NCBI GenBank assembly: GCA_963514005.1
Contig: OY740811.1
Coordinates: forward strand, 18,352,001 to 18,416,000
Length of the DNA: 64,000 nt
Origin: Raja brachyura
Lineage: Eukaryota
Direction: 5' to 3'
Under the pieces are notes generated by a model. The model made no database searches and was not told the DNA's origin. It worked only from the letters and a program-made list of their open reading frames with translations. Shown here one piece after another: positions 50,660 through 64,000 of this stretch (its first letter is position 1; each line of letters opens with the position of its first letter). A program made the position numbers and the translations under genes.

Positions 50660-51990
50660 CTAGTTACAGTGAAAAACTTAGTTTTGTGCCCTATCCAGGC
50701 AAATCATACCATGCAGAACTACATCAAAGTAGTGCAAGAGATGAAGAGAAACAGCATGCAGGATATAGTATTACAGCTACAGAGGAAGTGCAGATAAAAG
50801 AAAAAATGCAAGGGCAACAATGAGGCTGATTGGGAGATCAGTAATTCATCTTTAGCATGTGAGGGAACCGTTCAAGTCTGGTAATAGTGGTGAAGAAGCT
50901 GTTCTTGAATCTGGTGGTATATACTTTCCAATGGGAGAGAAGACAAGAAAGAATGACTGAGTTGTGATTGATTCTTGATTATGTTGGTTGCTTTGAGGCA
51001 GCATGAAGTATAGACAGGTTAGATGTGAGAGAGGGAGACTGGTTTGCATGATGGACTGGTCTGTGTTCAAAAGTCTGCAATTTCTTGCAGTCTTGGGCAG
51101 TTCAGTTGCCATTCCAAACTCTGATGCATCCGGTATACTTTCTGTGGTGCATTTAAAGAAATTGCTATGTGTTATTGGAGACATTTCGGATTTTCATAGC
51201 CCACCGAGGGAAAAACAGTTGATCTTGTTTCTTGGCTGTAGTGTCAATATGGTTGAGCCAGGGCAAATTGTTGACGATATTTTAATCTAGGAACCTGAAG
51301 CTCTCGACCATCTCCACTTCAGCACTAGTAACACAAACTGGGAAATATACCCCACCCTGCTGCCTGAAATTGATGAACAGTTCCTTTGTTTTGCGGACCT
51401 TTAAGGGAGAGTTGCTGCCTTGACACCATGCTACAAAGCTCTGTATCTCCTTCCAGTACACTCTTGTGCCATTTGTGATCTGGCCCACTAAGGTGATGTC
51501 ACTGTAAACTTATAAATAGAGTTAGAGCATAATTTTGCTGCACTGTTGTGAGTGTATATGGAGTTTAGAGAACGGCTGAGTATGCAATCTTGTGGGGAAC
51601 CGGTGTTGAGAATTATTGTGGAGAAGATGGTGTTGCCTCCATTTACTGATTGCATTCTGTGTGTCAGAAAGTCGAGGTTCCAGATGCAGAGGGGAGCGCT
51701 GCATCATAAGTCCAGAAATTTAGAGATGTTTGGTTCGAATTATGGTGTTCTATAGTCAATAAATAGATGACCTTGTTATCGAGATGGTAGGCATAAAATG
51801 CTGCAGTAACTCAGCGGGTCAGGCAGCATCTCTGGAGAGAAGGAATAGGTGACGTTTTGCAAGATGTTTCAGTGGTGAGTGTAGAGCCCAGGAGATGGCA
51901 TATGTATCATGGACCAGTTGTAATAAATGGATTGCAGTGGATGAAGGTTATCTGGGAAGCTGGATCAGCCTCACAAAGCACTTCATGATA
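50660..51990 (-). mobile_element. Rex1/Babar-like LINE fragment, degraded, with a Penelope repeat at about 51790-51860
   Basis: GQITNG...EIQSFVAWCQ..N.PL.VRKTKELFINFR...VEMVESFRFL, plus TGSPQ.C.LS-like motifs. Confidence 0.7.
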
Positions 51991-52459
51991 ATTGTTTTGA
52001 AAGCTGATAACAAACATTGTAATAACAGAATTTATATGAACTTTATCATTCTAGTCACTAGGTATTGCAGTATAGATCAAATTTAAAGTCACAACAAATG
52101 CTTTTGCAACATCCCTCAAGGACCAGTTTATATCCAACTTAATGTTGATTGTTGGGAAACTTCTCATACTTAAAATCTTGCTGTATTGAATTTTGACATT
52201 AATGTCAATGTGGCTCGGCATTATCCACGGGATGTCAACGTGTGCAGTTTAAACATGGGACAGGAAGGGACTGAAATGATTATATGACTTTCTACATATT
52301 AGAAAAAAGTTGTTCATTCTTTCATTTGAAAATTGTGTGCAAAATTGGTCTTGTGAAAATTTGAAAAAGGTTATGATTGTAAAGCGAGGTTCTGTTTTGC
52401 AAAGAGGAGGTTTTAATGCGAATTGAATACTGAAATGCTCTGTCAAAACTTGGCAGCTC

Positions 52460-52703
52460 TGCCTTTGGCCCACTGAGTCTGCACCGACCGATGATCACCC
52501 TGTACACCATCCTACACACGAGAGACAATTTACAATTTTACCGGCCAATTAACCTACAAACCTTTGGAGTGTGGGAGGAAACTGGAGCACCCGGAGAAAA
52601 TCCATGTGGTGTAAACTCCGTAAAGGCAGCACCCGTAGTTTGGATCGAGCCTGGTTCTCTGGTGCTGTAAAGCAGCAACTCAACTGCTGCACTACTATGC
52701 CAT
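52460..52703 (-). mobile_element. V-SINE
   Basis: Collinear with the 3316-3615 copy. Confidence 0.8.
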
Positions 52704-53275
52704 CGTGGATAACTTTTTCATTGTAGCTTCTCTATTTTAATATCAGTGAGCACAAAGTTAAAAAAAAACAATGGAACTGATTAGAGTTGCATTGACTGAA
52801 GGACAATGGAAATACGTTTTAAACCATTTTCAAATGTTGTAAATGTGGTTCATCTATATTGGTTGTTCCGAGATAATCCAAGTATCCAGCAAAGGACTGG
52901 CTCCGGCTTTTTTATTCTCCTCATGAGTTCTGATCGTTGCTTGGGGGTCACCAATACCAATACATTTTTTTGTTCGCCACAGATATTACCTGAGAATTTA
53001 TAGCAATTTTGTTAAATAACACGGTATTGTGTTCAACCAGGATACCCGTGGGCTTTCGGGAAGAATAAAAGTTCTTACAATAAGATTGATCAGAGGCAAA
53101 GTATTACTACAGAATATATTTTTAAATATTTATAATCATTATGGCAAATGTTTTTATTAAAATGTAGTCTCAGTTCCCATTCCAAAGATGAATTAAAAAA
53201 CCTTTTTGGCTGACCTGATTAAATAACAGAACCTTGTAAATTTTGATATTTACAGTTCCTTAATTTGTTTTCCAG

Positions 53276-53337
53276 GAGACTGATGTTCTTTATGTTGTTT
53301 CCCAGTTTTTTGTTGAAGAATGGAAGAAGTTTATCAG
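53276..53337 (+). CDS. USP48: USP48 exon (62 nt)
   Basis: tccag|GAG...AG|gtgact; ETDVLYVVSQFFVEEWKKFI. Confidence 0.96.
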
Positions 53338-56300
53338 GTGACTTTTTTAATATCCATTCTGCTGTATTATTTAAATATTATGTGGCTGTTTGATGGAATC
53401 AGCTGGTGCTGGAAGATGAAAAATAACTTTTGTATTTTTTAATAATTGGAATGGTATCATTTCTATCTCCAAATATTTGTTCCCATTAATCAACTCAACA
53501 AAGAGACAGCAAAACCCAAAGGGATGCACAAGCATCATTTTTGTCTTTGCCCATACAATGCACTTTGGTCAAGGAGTGCACCTTGGTTGGTTTTCTCTCA
53601 TCAACATTGACAGAATTACAATTCTTATTTTGAATTTTTTTTTAAGTCTACAAACTTGCTATGAAAATTCTGTCAGAGCCATTGCTGCAGATTTCTCATT
53701 TTCCAAGCCATTTTGTTTTGTGTTTGTTCGTCAATGGGCTTTTAAAAAAAATCAGATTGCTGGCCTCATTTGGGGCTGAAGGTGATATTCCAGGCCCGTG
53801 TAAATTCCCATACACTCAGCGATGAGTCGAGATCGTGCATCAGCTCCCAGTGTTCTGATTTTGTAAAAGGCAGTATTTTTCTGTATGCTTCAAAGCTTAA
53901 TTAGATACTGCAAAAATTAAAGTGGCACTTGAAACAATTAGGAATCCAGCTCTTGAATCCATTTCATTATATTATTTTAATTCTACCTACACTTTCATGG
54001 TCATTGCAAGCAAATAATTATTTTGCCCACAATTAATTAAGTCCTTGTATATTGACTGGAAACTCATTCCACACAATATTTTGTCAAATGCAAATTTCAG
54101 CAAGGTGCTTTAATTTAATATGTGGTCCCCATTGTGTAACAATTTAACATTAGGTTACGTGAACCGATTCATCCCTCTAAAGAAAGAAATCAGCGTATGC
54201 ATCACTTCTTACAACTAAAGCCTTTCACTATCCAGACTCATTAAAGCTAATCGTCCACGAACCCATCCAAAATGGATTGGTTGTAGAAAGGGGTAGGTTT
54301 TGGGGTCGGTGAAGAAGAACAGGTGACGCATTGATTCCTTGATGAGCAATTTCATTTCCCTGCTTAAGGATAGTGACCCGAGCTTGTAATGTAGGTAATG
54401 TCAGTGGGCATGGGATGAGCGGTGGTGTGCACAGAACTAAAAAGCTAATTGACCATGGAGCTCTTGGCAGGAAGAAGCAGATATAAGCCTATAATCATAT
54501 TGATCTTGTGCTATTCGAATGTACTCCCAGAACCAATATAATTTGATCTGTATGTAACTTTATAGGCAAGATACCTCGTCATGTTCTCGGATTGATCTTG
54601 AGAATGTGTATATATTAAAATGTTGGTTAAATATGTCATATTATGCTTCTTGATTCTTAATTGAATTTGTTGCTATAACTTGATATTTGACTGGTTAACC
54701 TCTTTCCAAAAACAGGAAGTAAATCTTTCTTAAATGTCTTCTAAAATTAAAAGCTATAAATTATTGACCCTTGGCAAACAAACAATTTTTTAGTTCATGA
54801 ATTTCATTGGATTAGTTAAGCATGCTTGACTTTTATTTTATGTTCATGTTGACACTTACTCTAGAACTCAATTAATTCACATGTACAGCCTGAGATGTAT
54901 TCAAATGATGAGAGAGGCAAAATTTGTTCTAATCACTCCTGCACTTTGAATAAGTTTACTTGTATTAATATCCAGGTAAATTTTCAAGCAAAGTGAGTAG
55001 CCCAATTGAGGTTAGTTGATAATCATCCAATAACATTTCTAAACCTTTATTGCACCAGTAGATTGTTTTATAGCGGAACATTGATAATTAGTAATTAATT
55101 ACTCCATGAAATAATTTAACGTACTTTAAACACAATAGAATGCAGCATTTAAAAGCAACAAGTAAATATATGACTAATATATTACCCCAGTGTAGTGTTA
55201 TGAGCTCTCATTTTCATTTCAGCTCAATCTCTTTTCTCACCCTTGTGATTTTTGTTTTATATTAATGGAATGAGGGTGTTGCTAGAATGTCAGTATTTAT
55301 TGGCCTTCAGAAGGTGTGGTGAGCTGCCACCTTTAACCACTGCGATCCTTCTGGCGTCGGCACTTCTACGTGCTGTTATGTAAGGAATTCTATGATTTGG
55401 ACCAGCAGTCATGAAGAAATGAACACGTATATCCAAATCAAAATGTTTTCTAACTAGGTGGAGCATAATCTGCCAATCTACCTCCCAAGCAGCTTTGGCA
55501 AGTAATTGTCTGTATGTGGAGCTCGCTACAGCCTTAATAATGCACAGTGAAAGAACACGTTGGTCAGTGGATTGACTGCAGGTCAAATGGATACTTTATA
55601 GTACTCTGATAAAATCCTCTATAAATTTCAATATGTGGATAGATTATTGGTGCAGTAATTGGCCAGATTTGACTGGCTTATCCAGACAGGATAGTTTTTC
55701 ATATTGTTAGATATGTGAGCATTGGATGCATGCTGGATAGAGGAGCAGCAAATTCAGAATATTTGAAGTGTAAAATTGCTGGCTGTGCTCAACGTGCCAG
55801 GCAACGCTGTGGAAAGAGAAGTTTCAGGTTGACGATCCGTCACTAATTCTGATGAATGTTTCTTTCCAGAGACACTGCCTGAACTGCTCGCTTTTGGTAG
55901 CAATGTTTGTTTTTAGCTAAAATATCTGGAATATCTTTAAAAAAATAAAAATTATTCTGCATGCTGTATATAGATCTATAGCCTTTGTTGCATCCAATGG
56001 TCTTGTCTGTTTCTTAATGACACACATAGTGAACTGAATTGGTTGGGAACTAGCTTTGTGATAATGGGGGAATAGGAAGATGGTGAAATTCCTCATTTGT
56101 GGCCTTTCTGCTTATTGCATACTTCCAAGTTTTAAACATTGGAGAAGACTCCTCAGTTGGCCAATGGCATATTGTAGTTAAAATGTTAGATCTGTTTATT
56201 GGAACCTGCAGTACTGATTGAGTAATATGAATTCAAATACCTCCAATCAACAAGGAATTTAAATGAAATTTAAACATAATCAGGATTTTTTTTTGTAGCA

Positions 56301-56417
56301 AATGTTTTTTCTCAATAATGGTAATCATGTCGCTACTGAATTCCCTTCAAAACCAATCTGGTTGATTAATCTCTTTCAGGAAAGGAATGCCATTTATCCA
56401 GCCCAGATCTAATGCAG

Positions 56418-56660
56418 TTACAAAGTGCTGAAGGAACACATCGGGTTAGACAGCATGACAATAAACTAAACAAACTCATCCATGCAGGAAATGAACAGGT
56501 GACGTTTCTGGTCGGGACCTTACTTCAGGCTGATCTGTCTGAAGTCGGGTCCCAATCTGAAATGTCTGTCTATTCTCTTCACACGTGCTGTCTGATGCAC
56601 TGTGTTCCTCCAGTACTTTGTGTTTCGATCAAAATTACAGCATCTGCTGTTCCCTATGTC
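56418..56660. repeat. Foldback Penelope-terminal element (diverged)
   Basis: ACAAAGTGCTGAAGGAAC...GGGACCTTACTTCAG / CTGAAGTCGGGTCCC...GTTCCTCCAGTACTTTGT. Confidence 0.65.
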
Positions 56661-57482
56661 TCTAATACAAATATGGTGGCATAGAGTACACTGACTTGAT
56701 TAAGCTATTTATGATGGTTGAAAGTTTTTCTGAAATTAATTCTTATAGTACAAAAGTTCAATTGGAAAAGAATACAAGTTTCTTTACAGCTAAGCATATA
56801 TGTCAACATTTAAGATGTAAAGCACTGAAATTGTCTTTTCCACTATCAGCCTCCTGCAGAACTGGTGGGGGGGGGGGAGTTACAAGAGCAGAAAGGGTGG
56901 CAACACGTAATAAATGAGAAAAAGAGACGCGTAATCAATTATGTTGCGCAATGTTTGTGTTAAATGCTTTGATCTACGTCTGGCATAATAAATCATTTAC
57001 AATTATGAAATGTGAATCCTTGTGTGTAAGGTAGGAAGGCTAAGAATGTTCACAACGTTGTGGTTGAATACCAGAGTTTAACCCTTTGGCAAAATGGAAC
57101 CAATGGTGATAGCGCCTGTGCTGGCAACTTGTCACCGTTGGTGAGTGCTGAACAGCATAGGGTCCGCTTTCCCAGTATTGCCAATAATTAAGTTACCTCA
57201 GCCTAGTATCATGATGATTCTGCATAAATGGAAGGGATGTCATTACAAAGCCCTACCAGTATCGCTGTGCTCAATTTAATGCCTTTGACTCCAGGCACAG
57301 ATTGCCGAGCAGAAGCAAACTATGTAAAGCAAAAATCCGAATAAAGATATTAGCATATTTTTTCCGTTTAATTTCAGAGTTTGATTAATTGTTTAAATTT
57401 AGAGTTGTCCTTCACTGTAGAGTGTATTACATTGCTGTAAATCCCTCCTCTGTCTACTTTCATTTGGTTCTGTTTGCTGAAG

Positions 57483-57593
57483 GAAGCCAACGAAATGCAG
57501 TCCTGTATCATCTGTGGGCAACAATGCACTTCTCTGTCCGCATGGAGGCCTCATGTTTACAGCAGAATCAATGACCAAAGAGGATTCGAAACA
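57483..57593 (+). CDS. USP48: USP48 exon (111 nt)
   Basis: tgaag|G...CA|gtgagt; [37 protein letters not shown]. Confidence 0.95.
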
Positions 57594-59356
57594 GTGAGTC
57601 TTACTCCATCATTTGCACTACATGTGCCTATTCTGTTTTAGACAACTCGTGGTTCCAATATTTTGTGTTTTCTTAATATGTTCCATTAATAAACTAATAA
57701 AAGTGTTGAATCGGATCACTTGTTTCGTCGCCATATACATGAAAAAGGTTGCCTTCATATGAAGGAGATTCTTAAGAGACTGAAATGCAAAGTACAAGTT
57801 AGGTGTTAATTGTATCCTGCCTTGATCAGACCTGCAATGAGGTACTGTGTTCATTTTGGGCAGTACTCCTCAAACTATCTTCTTGAGTGCAATGCATATT
57901 AATAGCATTGCACTGGTGCTTTATATATTTTAATTAGGACGATTGATTGCATGAAAATGGCCTTGACTTCTTTCAGAAGATTTATGGGATCCTTTAATGA
58001 GATGTTTAAATTTTTTTAATACCCTTTGAAGATAATTTTAATAAATTATCATCTCTCACGAAAAAAAACAAAAGCAAGGAGACACCTTAAAGTTAAAGGC
58101 AAGCTTTTAAGAAGTAAATTCAGAAAGATGTTTTCACAAAAAAATTGTAGAAATTTAGAATATCTTCCCCCTCCCCTTTAAAATCAGTGGAACTTTCAAG
58201 ATAAAGATAGTTTTTTATTAATTATGGACATTGAAAAGTATGGAGCAATATCACAGATGGAATTGAGATGTGGATTGGCCATAACCCAATTGAATTCCAA
58301 ATGAAGAACTGTACTGTTGTTTGTAGAATTTGGGAGCTATGCATTCACTCTAGGCTTGCTTCCTAGGGACATGCTTCCTCCTCCTTGGCAGTAATCTTAG
58401 ATTTTCCCTTCAATCAAAAAATCCATAATCAAGTGTAAACTGTCATCCTTAAAGCTTGTGGTACTTCACCCTTAATGCATACAATACTCCAAAATAACCT
58501 ATTTCCTTAACTTGGTAAATTTTGTTCTAATGTCAGATCCCAGCATTAAGGTCTCTTATGGTACAAATTGGACAGTACCAAATACAATTTTCCGCACTGC
58601 ATTGTGAAATCTTTTAGCTGTTTCCTTATGATTCCTACAGTCCCATAAGTAGTCTACAAAGCACCGGGTTTTGTAAGTCTTTGCTCATGATCGTTTGAAT
58701 GAATGTGTGCATTACAAGAACATGAGCTGGGGCTTGGCTTGGGCGCACATTATGTGCACATTATGGGCATACAGGGTGACGCCTGTATGGTCGTGAGTAG
58801 TGGCCCAGAGAGTCGGACTTTTTTCTGGTCGCGCTGGATTTCCAACGTATTGAAAATTTTCGACAACCTGCTGAGACTGCCGGCAAGTAACTAAACAAAT
58901 CACGTAAATGGCACGGGCCCTTGAAGGAAACTTGTATTTTATAGTCTCTATAGTGTAGTAAAACATTGCAAGTGAATGTAATCATTCTGTTTCTAAACTG
59001 TAAATGTTCCTAGATAGTTCACCCATCTTGACCAACACATGATATATATCTTTCTGCTTTATTTTGACCCTATGGTTTTTTATTGGCATTCATTCCACTC
59101 GGGTGGTTTAGACGGTTGAATGCTCACACTTATGCTTCTCTGCTTTTTTGGTATACATCACCAAAGGGTCTTCCTCTTCCAATTCCCCTATTCCAAAACA
59201 CTGCAGGAGTACCTCAGCCAATAAGACTCCAGCAGTTCAAAATGTTCACCGTTATCTTTTTAAGTGCATTTAAGAATAGACAATTAACCTGGCCTGGGAA
59301 ATGGTGCCAACATTTCAAATAAAAGTAATTTAAAAGAACACTGCAATAGGTTACAT

Positions 59357-59560
59357 TGACACAAAGTGCTGGACTATTTCATCGGGTCAGGCAGCGTCTC
59401 CAGAGAACATGTATAGGTGACATTTCAGGTTGGGACCCATCTTCAGTTCCTGACCCGAAACATCACCTATTCATGGTCTCTGGAGATGCTGCTGACCCGC
59501 TGAGTTACACCAACACCTTGTCTATTTTTTGAAACCAGCATCTGTAGTTCCTTGTGTGTA
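59357..59560. repeat. Foldback Penelope-terminal element
   Basis: CGGGTCAGGCAGCGTCTCCAGAGA..ATAGGTGACATTTC / GAAACATCACCTAT..TCTCTGGAGATGCTGCTGACCCG. Confidence 0.8.
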
Positions 59561-59754
59561 CAGGTTATGTTGATATTGTTATGCACTATTGATTTTAAGG
59601 ACCCCTGAGGTTATTCATTTGCAATGCTCCCATTCAAGTAACAAAGTTCCAAAGTTTAAAAAAAACCGCAGGGTTGGAATAATTCAGCAGGCCAATTCAC
59701 CCTCCTTCAGATTGTCCCAACCTGACATGTTGCCTATCCATCTCCTACCGAGGC

Positions 59755-60150
59755 CTAGCTAGAGTGGACGTAGAGAGGATGTGTCCATTAGTGGTAGAGT
59801 CTAGGTCCAGAGGGCACCGCCTCTGAATAAAAGGACGTACCTTTAGAAAGGAGATGAGGAATTTATGTAGGTAGAGGGTGGTGAATCTGTGGAATTCATT
59901 GCCACAGGTAGTTATGGAGGCCAAGTTATTGGGTAATTTTAAAGCAGAGATTCAAACGTTATGGGGACAAGGCAGGAGAATGGGGTTGAGAGGGAAAGGT
60001 AGATCAGCCATGATTGAATGGTGGGTTACACTCGATGGGCCGAGTGGTCTAGTTCTGCTCCTTTGCCTCATGAACCTTTGCTGCCTGACCCGCTGAGTTA
60101 CTCCAGCACTTTGTGTCTTTTGTTTATAAAAGGGCATCTGCAGTTCCTTG
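59755..60150 (+). mobile_element. CR1 3' fragment fused to a Penelope tail (60079-60150)
   Basis: VVNLWNSLPQ, AGATCAGCCATGATTGAATGG; then GCTGCCTGACCCGCTGAGTTACTCCAGCACTTTGTG. Confidence 0.8.
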
Positions 60151-60766
60151 TATCACAGTACTAATGTTCTTGCCTTTGCTATCAAGTTTTTTATTGCTTT
60201 TCATCATCCTGACTTAGCAGCCTCCAACCCCCAGGATATCAATGCTCCTCCCGTTGTGGTTTCCTGCCCTTCACTATTTGGCTGCCTACGTCCAAGGGCT
60301 TTGGAAATTTCTCTCTATAAACATGCCATCATTCTTCCTCATTTCTTTCTGAAGTCCTATCTCATGACCAACTGTTGACTATCTTCTCTGAATTTCTCTT
60401 ATGTGCCTTCATGCCAAAAAAGTATTGTACGCTGATTCACTTTGGAAGCATCTCAAGATATTTTAGTATAATTAAAGCAAAATATGATTTAATTTGCTGT
60501 TGCCATTGCATACAGCACTTAAATGATTAATGAGTGCTACCTTTCTTACTTTTTGTGAAATTCTATATCTAAGCCTTCCTGTTCTTTTTCTGATGACAAT
60601 GTATGTTTTGTTAAATGTTTAAGGTTAATAGTTTTTCAAACCCACTGAATCATGCAGAGAGTCTGAAGCTTGTTTAAAATTGCAGTTCTGATACCGCTGA
60701 CATTCAGCAACTATTAACAAACGGATAGAGAATCTGAAGAAAGCAATTATTTCGTGCTTATGTGTA

Positions 60767-61074
60767 GCACGGTGGTCTAGCAGTAGAGCCACTGCCTTAC
60801 AGCACCAGAGACCCTGGTTTGATCCTGACAACTAGTGCTGTCTGTACAGAGTTTGTACGTTCTCCCCGTGACCTGTGTGGGTTTTCTCAGAGATCCTCGG
60901 TTTCCTCCCACACTCCATAAAAACGTACAGGTTTGTAGGTTAATTGGCTTGGCATTGATGTAAAATTATTCCCAGTGTGTGTAAGGCAATGTTAATGTGC
61001 GGGGATTGCTGGTTGATGAGGACTCGGTGGGCTCAAGGACCTGTTTCCATGCTGTATCTCTAAACTAAACTAAA
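60767..61074 (+). mobile_element. V-SINE, full length
   Basis: tRNA-like head, V core GTTCTCCCCGTGACCTGTGTGGGTTTTCTC, CR1-derived tail, (CTAAA)3. Confidence 0.87.
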
Positions 61075-61503
61075 TTATGGTATCCAAATTTCTGTCAAAA
61101 GTAGAAACACCTCCAGCAAACAATGAATTTCTTTCCTTGTTTGTTTCACTTCACAAGGCACACATTTTTGGGAGACCGTTATGGTTATTCATTATTTTGT
61201 GGGGCAGAGGCTGAAATATATCAAAACAATAATAGTGGAGATGGCTGCAAATATCTGGAGTGGCCAATGACTTGCACAAGCAAGAAAAAAATAAACAAGG
61301 ATTACCACTTTCATATGAATAGCTGGTATATTTAATGAACGACCACTTTGATTTCAGGTCAAAGATGACATTGGAGTTTTAATGTGGGTGATGTACTGTT
61401 CAACATTGTCCACACAGCCTCTTAAATTTTGAATGTTCGATGTTTCATTGTTTTAGATGGAAATTTGTTCAAAATTCAATAACCTGTATCTTCCTTTGCA
61501 CAG

Positions 61504-61637
61504 TGTAGCTCTGATATGGCCAAGTGAATGGGAAATCATCCACAAATTATTTGTTGTTGATAACACGATTAAAGTAATTCAATTGATGAAAACTGGAGAG
61601 ACTGGAACAGTACAATTAGAATATAAGACCATTCCTG
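61504..61637 (+). CDS. USP48: USP48 exon (134 nt)
   Basis: cacag|T...G|gtaaga; HVALIWPSEWEIIHKLFVVDNTIKVIQLMKTGETGTVQLEYKTIP. Confidence 0.95.
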
Positions 61638-61764
61638 GTAAGACAATTTCCCTTGGGGGTCGGCATGAATTATTTTTCAGATTGAATCATTTTCGGTGTA
61701 TTATGCATTAAATTACATTTACATTACACCTTAAATACATGGATACAAGTAAAGGAAAATAGTG

Positions 61765-62860
61765 AAAGTAAAGTAAAGGAAAATCCCAAGTGATACTGCA
61801 GCTGTATTAATATTAAAAGGGTGGAGGGGGAAAAGATAGGTCCCCTTAAAGATCAGCATGGTCGTCTTTGTAGAGGCAGGGGAGAAATCGAGGAGGTCCT
61901 TGCAGAGACGTTTGTATCATATTTAGCCACCAGTGAGGATCCAGAAGACTGGAGGTTTGTGAGGGGCAGCAAAGACAAGGCAGGAAACTACAGGTTGGTG
62001 AGCCTGATGTCAGTGTGGGAAGGTTGTTGGAGGGGATTCTTAGGGACAGGATCTACCAGCATTTGGACAGGCATGTCTTTGTGAATGGGAAATCACGTCG
62101 CACAAATTTGATAGATTTTGTTTGAAGAGGCCACCAACAGGACTGATCAGAGGAGTGACATTGCCAATATGGACTCCACAAAGGCCTTTGACAAGATCCT
62201 GCATGTGCTTAGCCTGGGAGTTTAATGTTAATGTCGATGATCCTTTCTATAGCTGGGCATGTAATCCAAAGTGTGCAAGCCTATAGGTTTCAAAATTAAC
62301 TTGAAGGAAGCAGTCAGAGTAGTTGTGAAGGGTTGCCTTTCTGATTGAAGCCTGTGACCAGTGGAGTGCTGCAAGGGTCAGTGTTGTGTCTACTGTTGTT
62401 TGTTATCTAAATTAATAATTTGGATTTGCAGATGACACTAAAATTGGTGCTATAGTGGACAGTGAGAATATCTAAATTGACAACACTCTCTAGACCGGTT
62501 GGGAAGGTGGGCCAAGGAATGGCAATGGAATTTAACTCTGACAAGTGTGATGTGTTGCACTTTGGTATGTCAAACTAGAGTAGGACTTGGTTACCATTAG
62601 TAAATGGTAGATCCCTGAAGAGTGCTGTAGAATAGAGAGATCGGGGAGTACAGTGAACCCCTTAAAAGTGGCAGGTCATTTGGACAAGGTGGTGAAGAGA
62701 CGTTTGGCATGCTTAACTTCATTGTGATGGGTATCGAGCACCAAAAATGCGACATCATGTACAGGTCGTTAGTGAGACCGCAATTGGAGAAGTGTGGAGT
62801 TCTGGTCATTGGGAGGATGTAATTAAGTTTTAAAGAGTGCAGAAGGGATTCACCAGATAT
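61765..62860 (+). mobile_element. Old CR1 ORF2 fragment
   Basis: IGPLKDQHG, PEDW, GNYRLVSL, AAGGCCTTTGACAAG (KAFDK), TTTGCAGATGAC (FADD). Confidence 0.8.
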
Positions 62861-63057
62861 TACTTGGACTTGTAGACTTAGGATTTAATGGTGGGCAATA
62901 ATTGTGTCCAATAATATCCATGTCTGAAAAATTAATTAAAAAATATAAAACCCTAACTTGGCATATGTTATTGAAAATAATTTTATTTTTTAAAATCAAA
63001 AATGCGTATTTTATGTTTAAAAAGTATATGGCTTTTTCTTTTCTTTTTGACATGTAG

Positions 63058-63164
63058 GTCTGTGTGGAGAATGTAGAGAAGGATTACTTTGCCAACAGCA
63101 GAGGGATTTAAGAGAGTATACTCAGGCCACGATATATATCCGTAAAGTGGTGGAGAGTATAAAG
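63058..63164 (+). CDS. USP48: USP48 exon (107 nt)
   Basis: tgtag|GT...AAG|gtaaga; [36 protein letters not shown]. Confidence 0.96.
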
Positions 63165-63900
63165 GTAAGAATTTTTTTGCAAATTATATTCCTGAAAAGG
63201 ATCCTGTAACTTGACTAATGGCCCCCACTGAAAGCAAATTCTACTTTAGCCTCGGGAATGGGTAGTGCGATCTCTCACAATACTTATGTAATTTGCAGTG
63301 CACTTATTTGTGTATGTTCAATTGCAATATGGAACTCAGATTGTTGATAATCTTGCACTTTGATAAGAGTGTAAATGAAGCATCAGTGGAAATTGCTTAT
63401 TTGGGAAATTAATTAAATTATTAACTAATTGTGTATTTGTTCCTGCCGCAAACCTGATTAATGCTCAATAGAATTAATACAATACTCTGCCATGTCACTG
63501 CTGAAAATGTATAACTGACCCAGATAAGCTCAATGATATTTTGCTTCTGAAATTGTTAGGAATTTGTTCATTATTGTCTCCTGAATCAAATTGATTCTGC
63601 AGTAAGTCTATATAGCATAGATTACCAAGAAAGTCTGTAATAGGTAATGAAGAAAATCACCTATTCTTGAGATTTAATGGGTAATGACATTGTTCAATTA
63701 AAATCTGAAAGCAATCTGGCAATTAAAAAAAAAGCCCAGTGCCCAGTATTCGTGCTAAGATTTGCTTCCATTGACAAGCATTGGTTAGGTTAGGCCAGTA
63801 TCTCCCTTTGTACACACTTTGCCAGATTCATTCTGATTGCTGTCACTGATGCATTGATATTTTTGTGAAATAGCCAGTTAAGAAAATATTGTTAAATGTT

Positions 63901-64000
63901 GAGACCAAGCATAGGCTTGGCGATTGCTTTGGTACACAATAACCAACCTGATCTCCCAGTGGCTCAGCACTTCAACTCCCCCTCCCATTCCGAATCCGAC
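63901..64000 (+). mobile_element. Penelope-like element, GIY-YIG endonuclease fragment running off the window
   Basis: ETKHRLGDCF, a short deletion, then NNQPDLPVAQHFNSPSHSESD. Confidence 0.8.

Larger units (their letters stand above)
549..63164 (+). other. USP48: USP48 gene body, partial: 19 internal coding exons, probably equivalent to human exons 3-21; 5' and 3' ends outside the window
   Basis: All 19 exons have AG/GT borders and compatible phases and join into an uninterrupted 2397-nt frame. The peptide carries USP48 motifs: [59 protein letters not shown]. Human exon numbering is from memory. Confidence 0.97.

Overview
Eukaryotic, AT-rich vertebrate genomic DNA. The repeat repertoire (V-SINE/HE1-like SINEs, CR1, Penelope) suggests a cartilaginous fish, probably a skate or ray; this is inference. 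The whole window lies inside one + strand gene, USP48 (ubiquitin carboxyl-terminal hydrolase 48). I traced 19 consecutive GT-AG coding exons from 549 to 63164. They splice into one open frame of 2397 nt (799 codons) covering the USP catalytic domain (Cys box, His box) and the DUSP region; both gene ends lie outside the window. Introns are packed with transposons: a near-full-length antisense CR1 with an esterase-type ORF1, many CR1 fragments, a young 5'-truncated L1-group copy with a 15-bp TSD, a HERO-like RLE retrotransposon, Rex1/RTE/L2 remnants, V-SINEs, palindromic MITEs and many Penelope-derived ends. I found no new protein-coding system. The most notable signals are: (i) Penelope-derived short foldback elements carrying minimal hammerhead-ribozyme cores, one of which folds as a complete type I hammerhead in the USP48 sense strand (22615-22661); (ii) a candidate 24-nt in-frame microexon (33064-33087); and (iii) a MITE whose central palindrome holds a 103-bp copy of its own flank. 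Repeat boundaries are approximate and family names come from motif recognition, not database searches.
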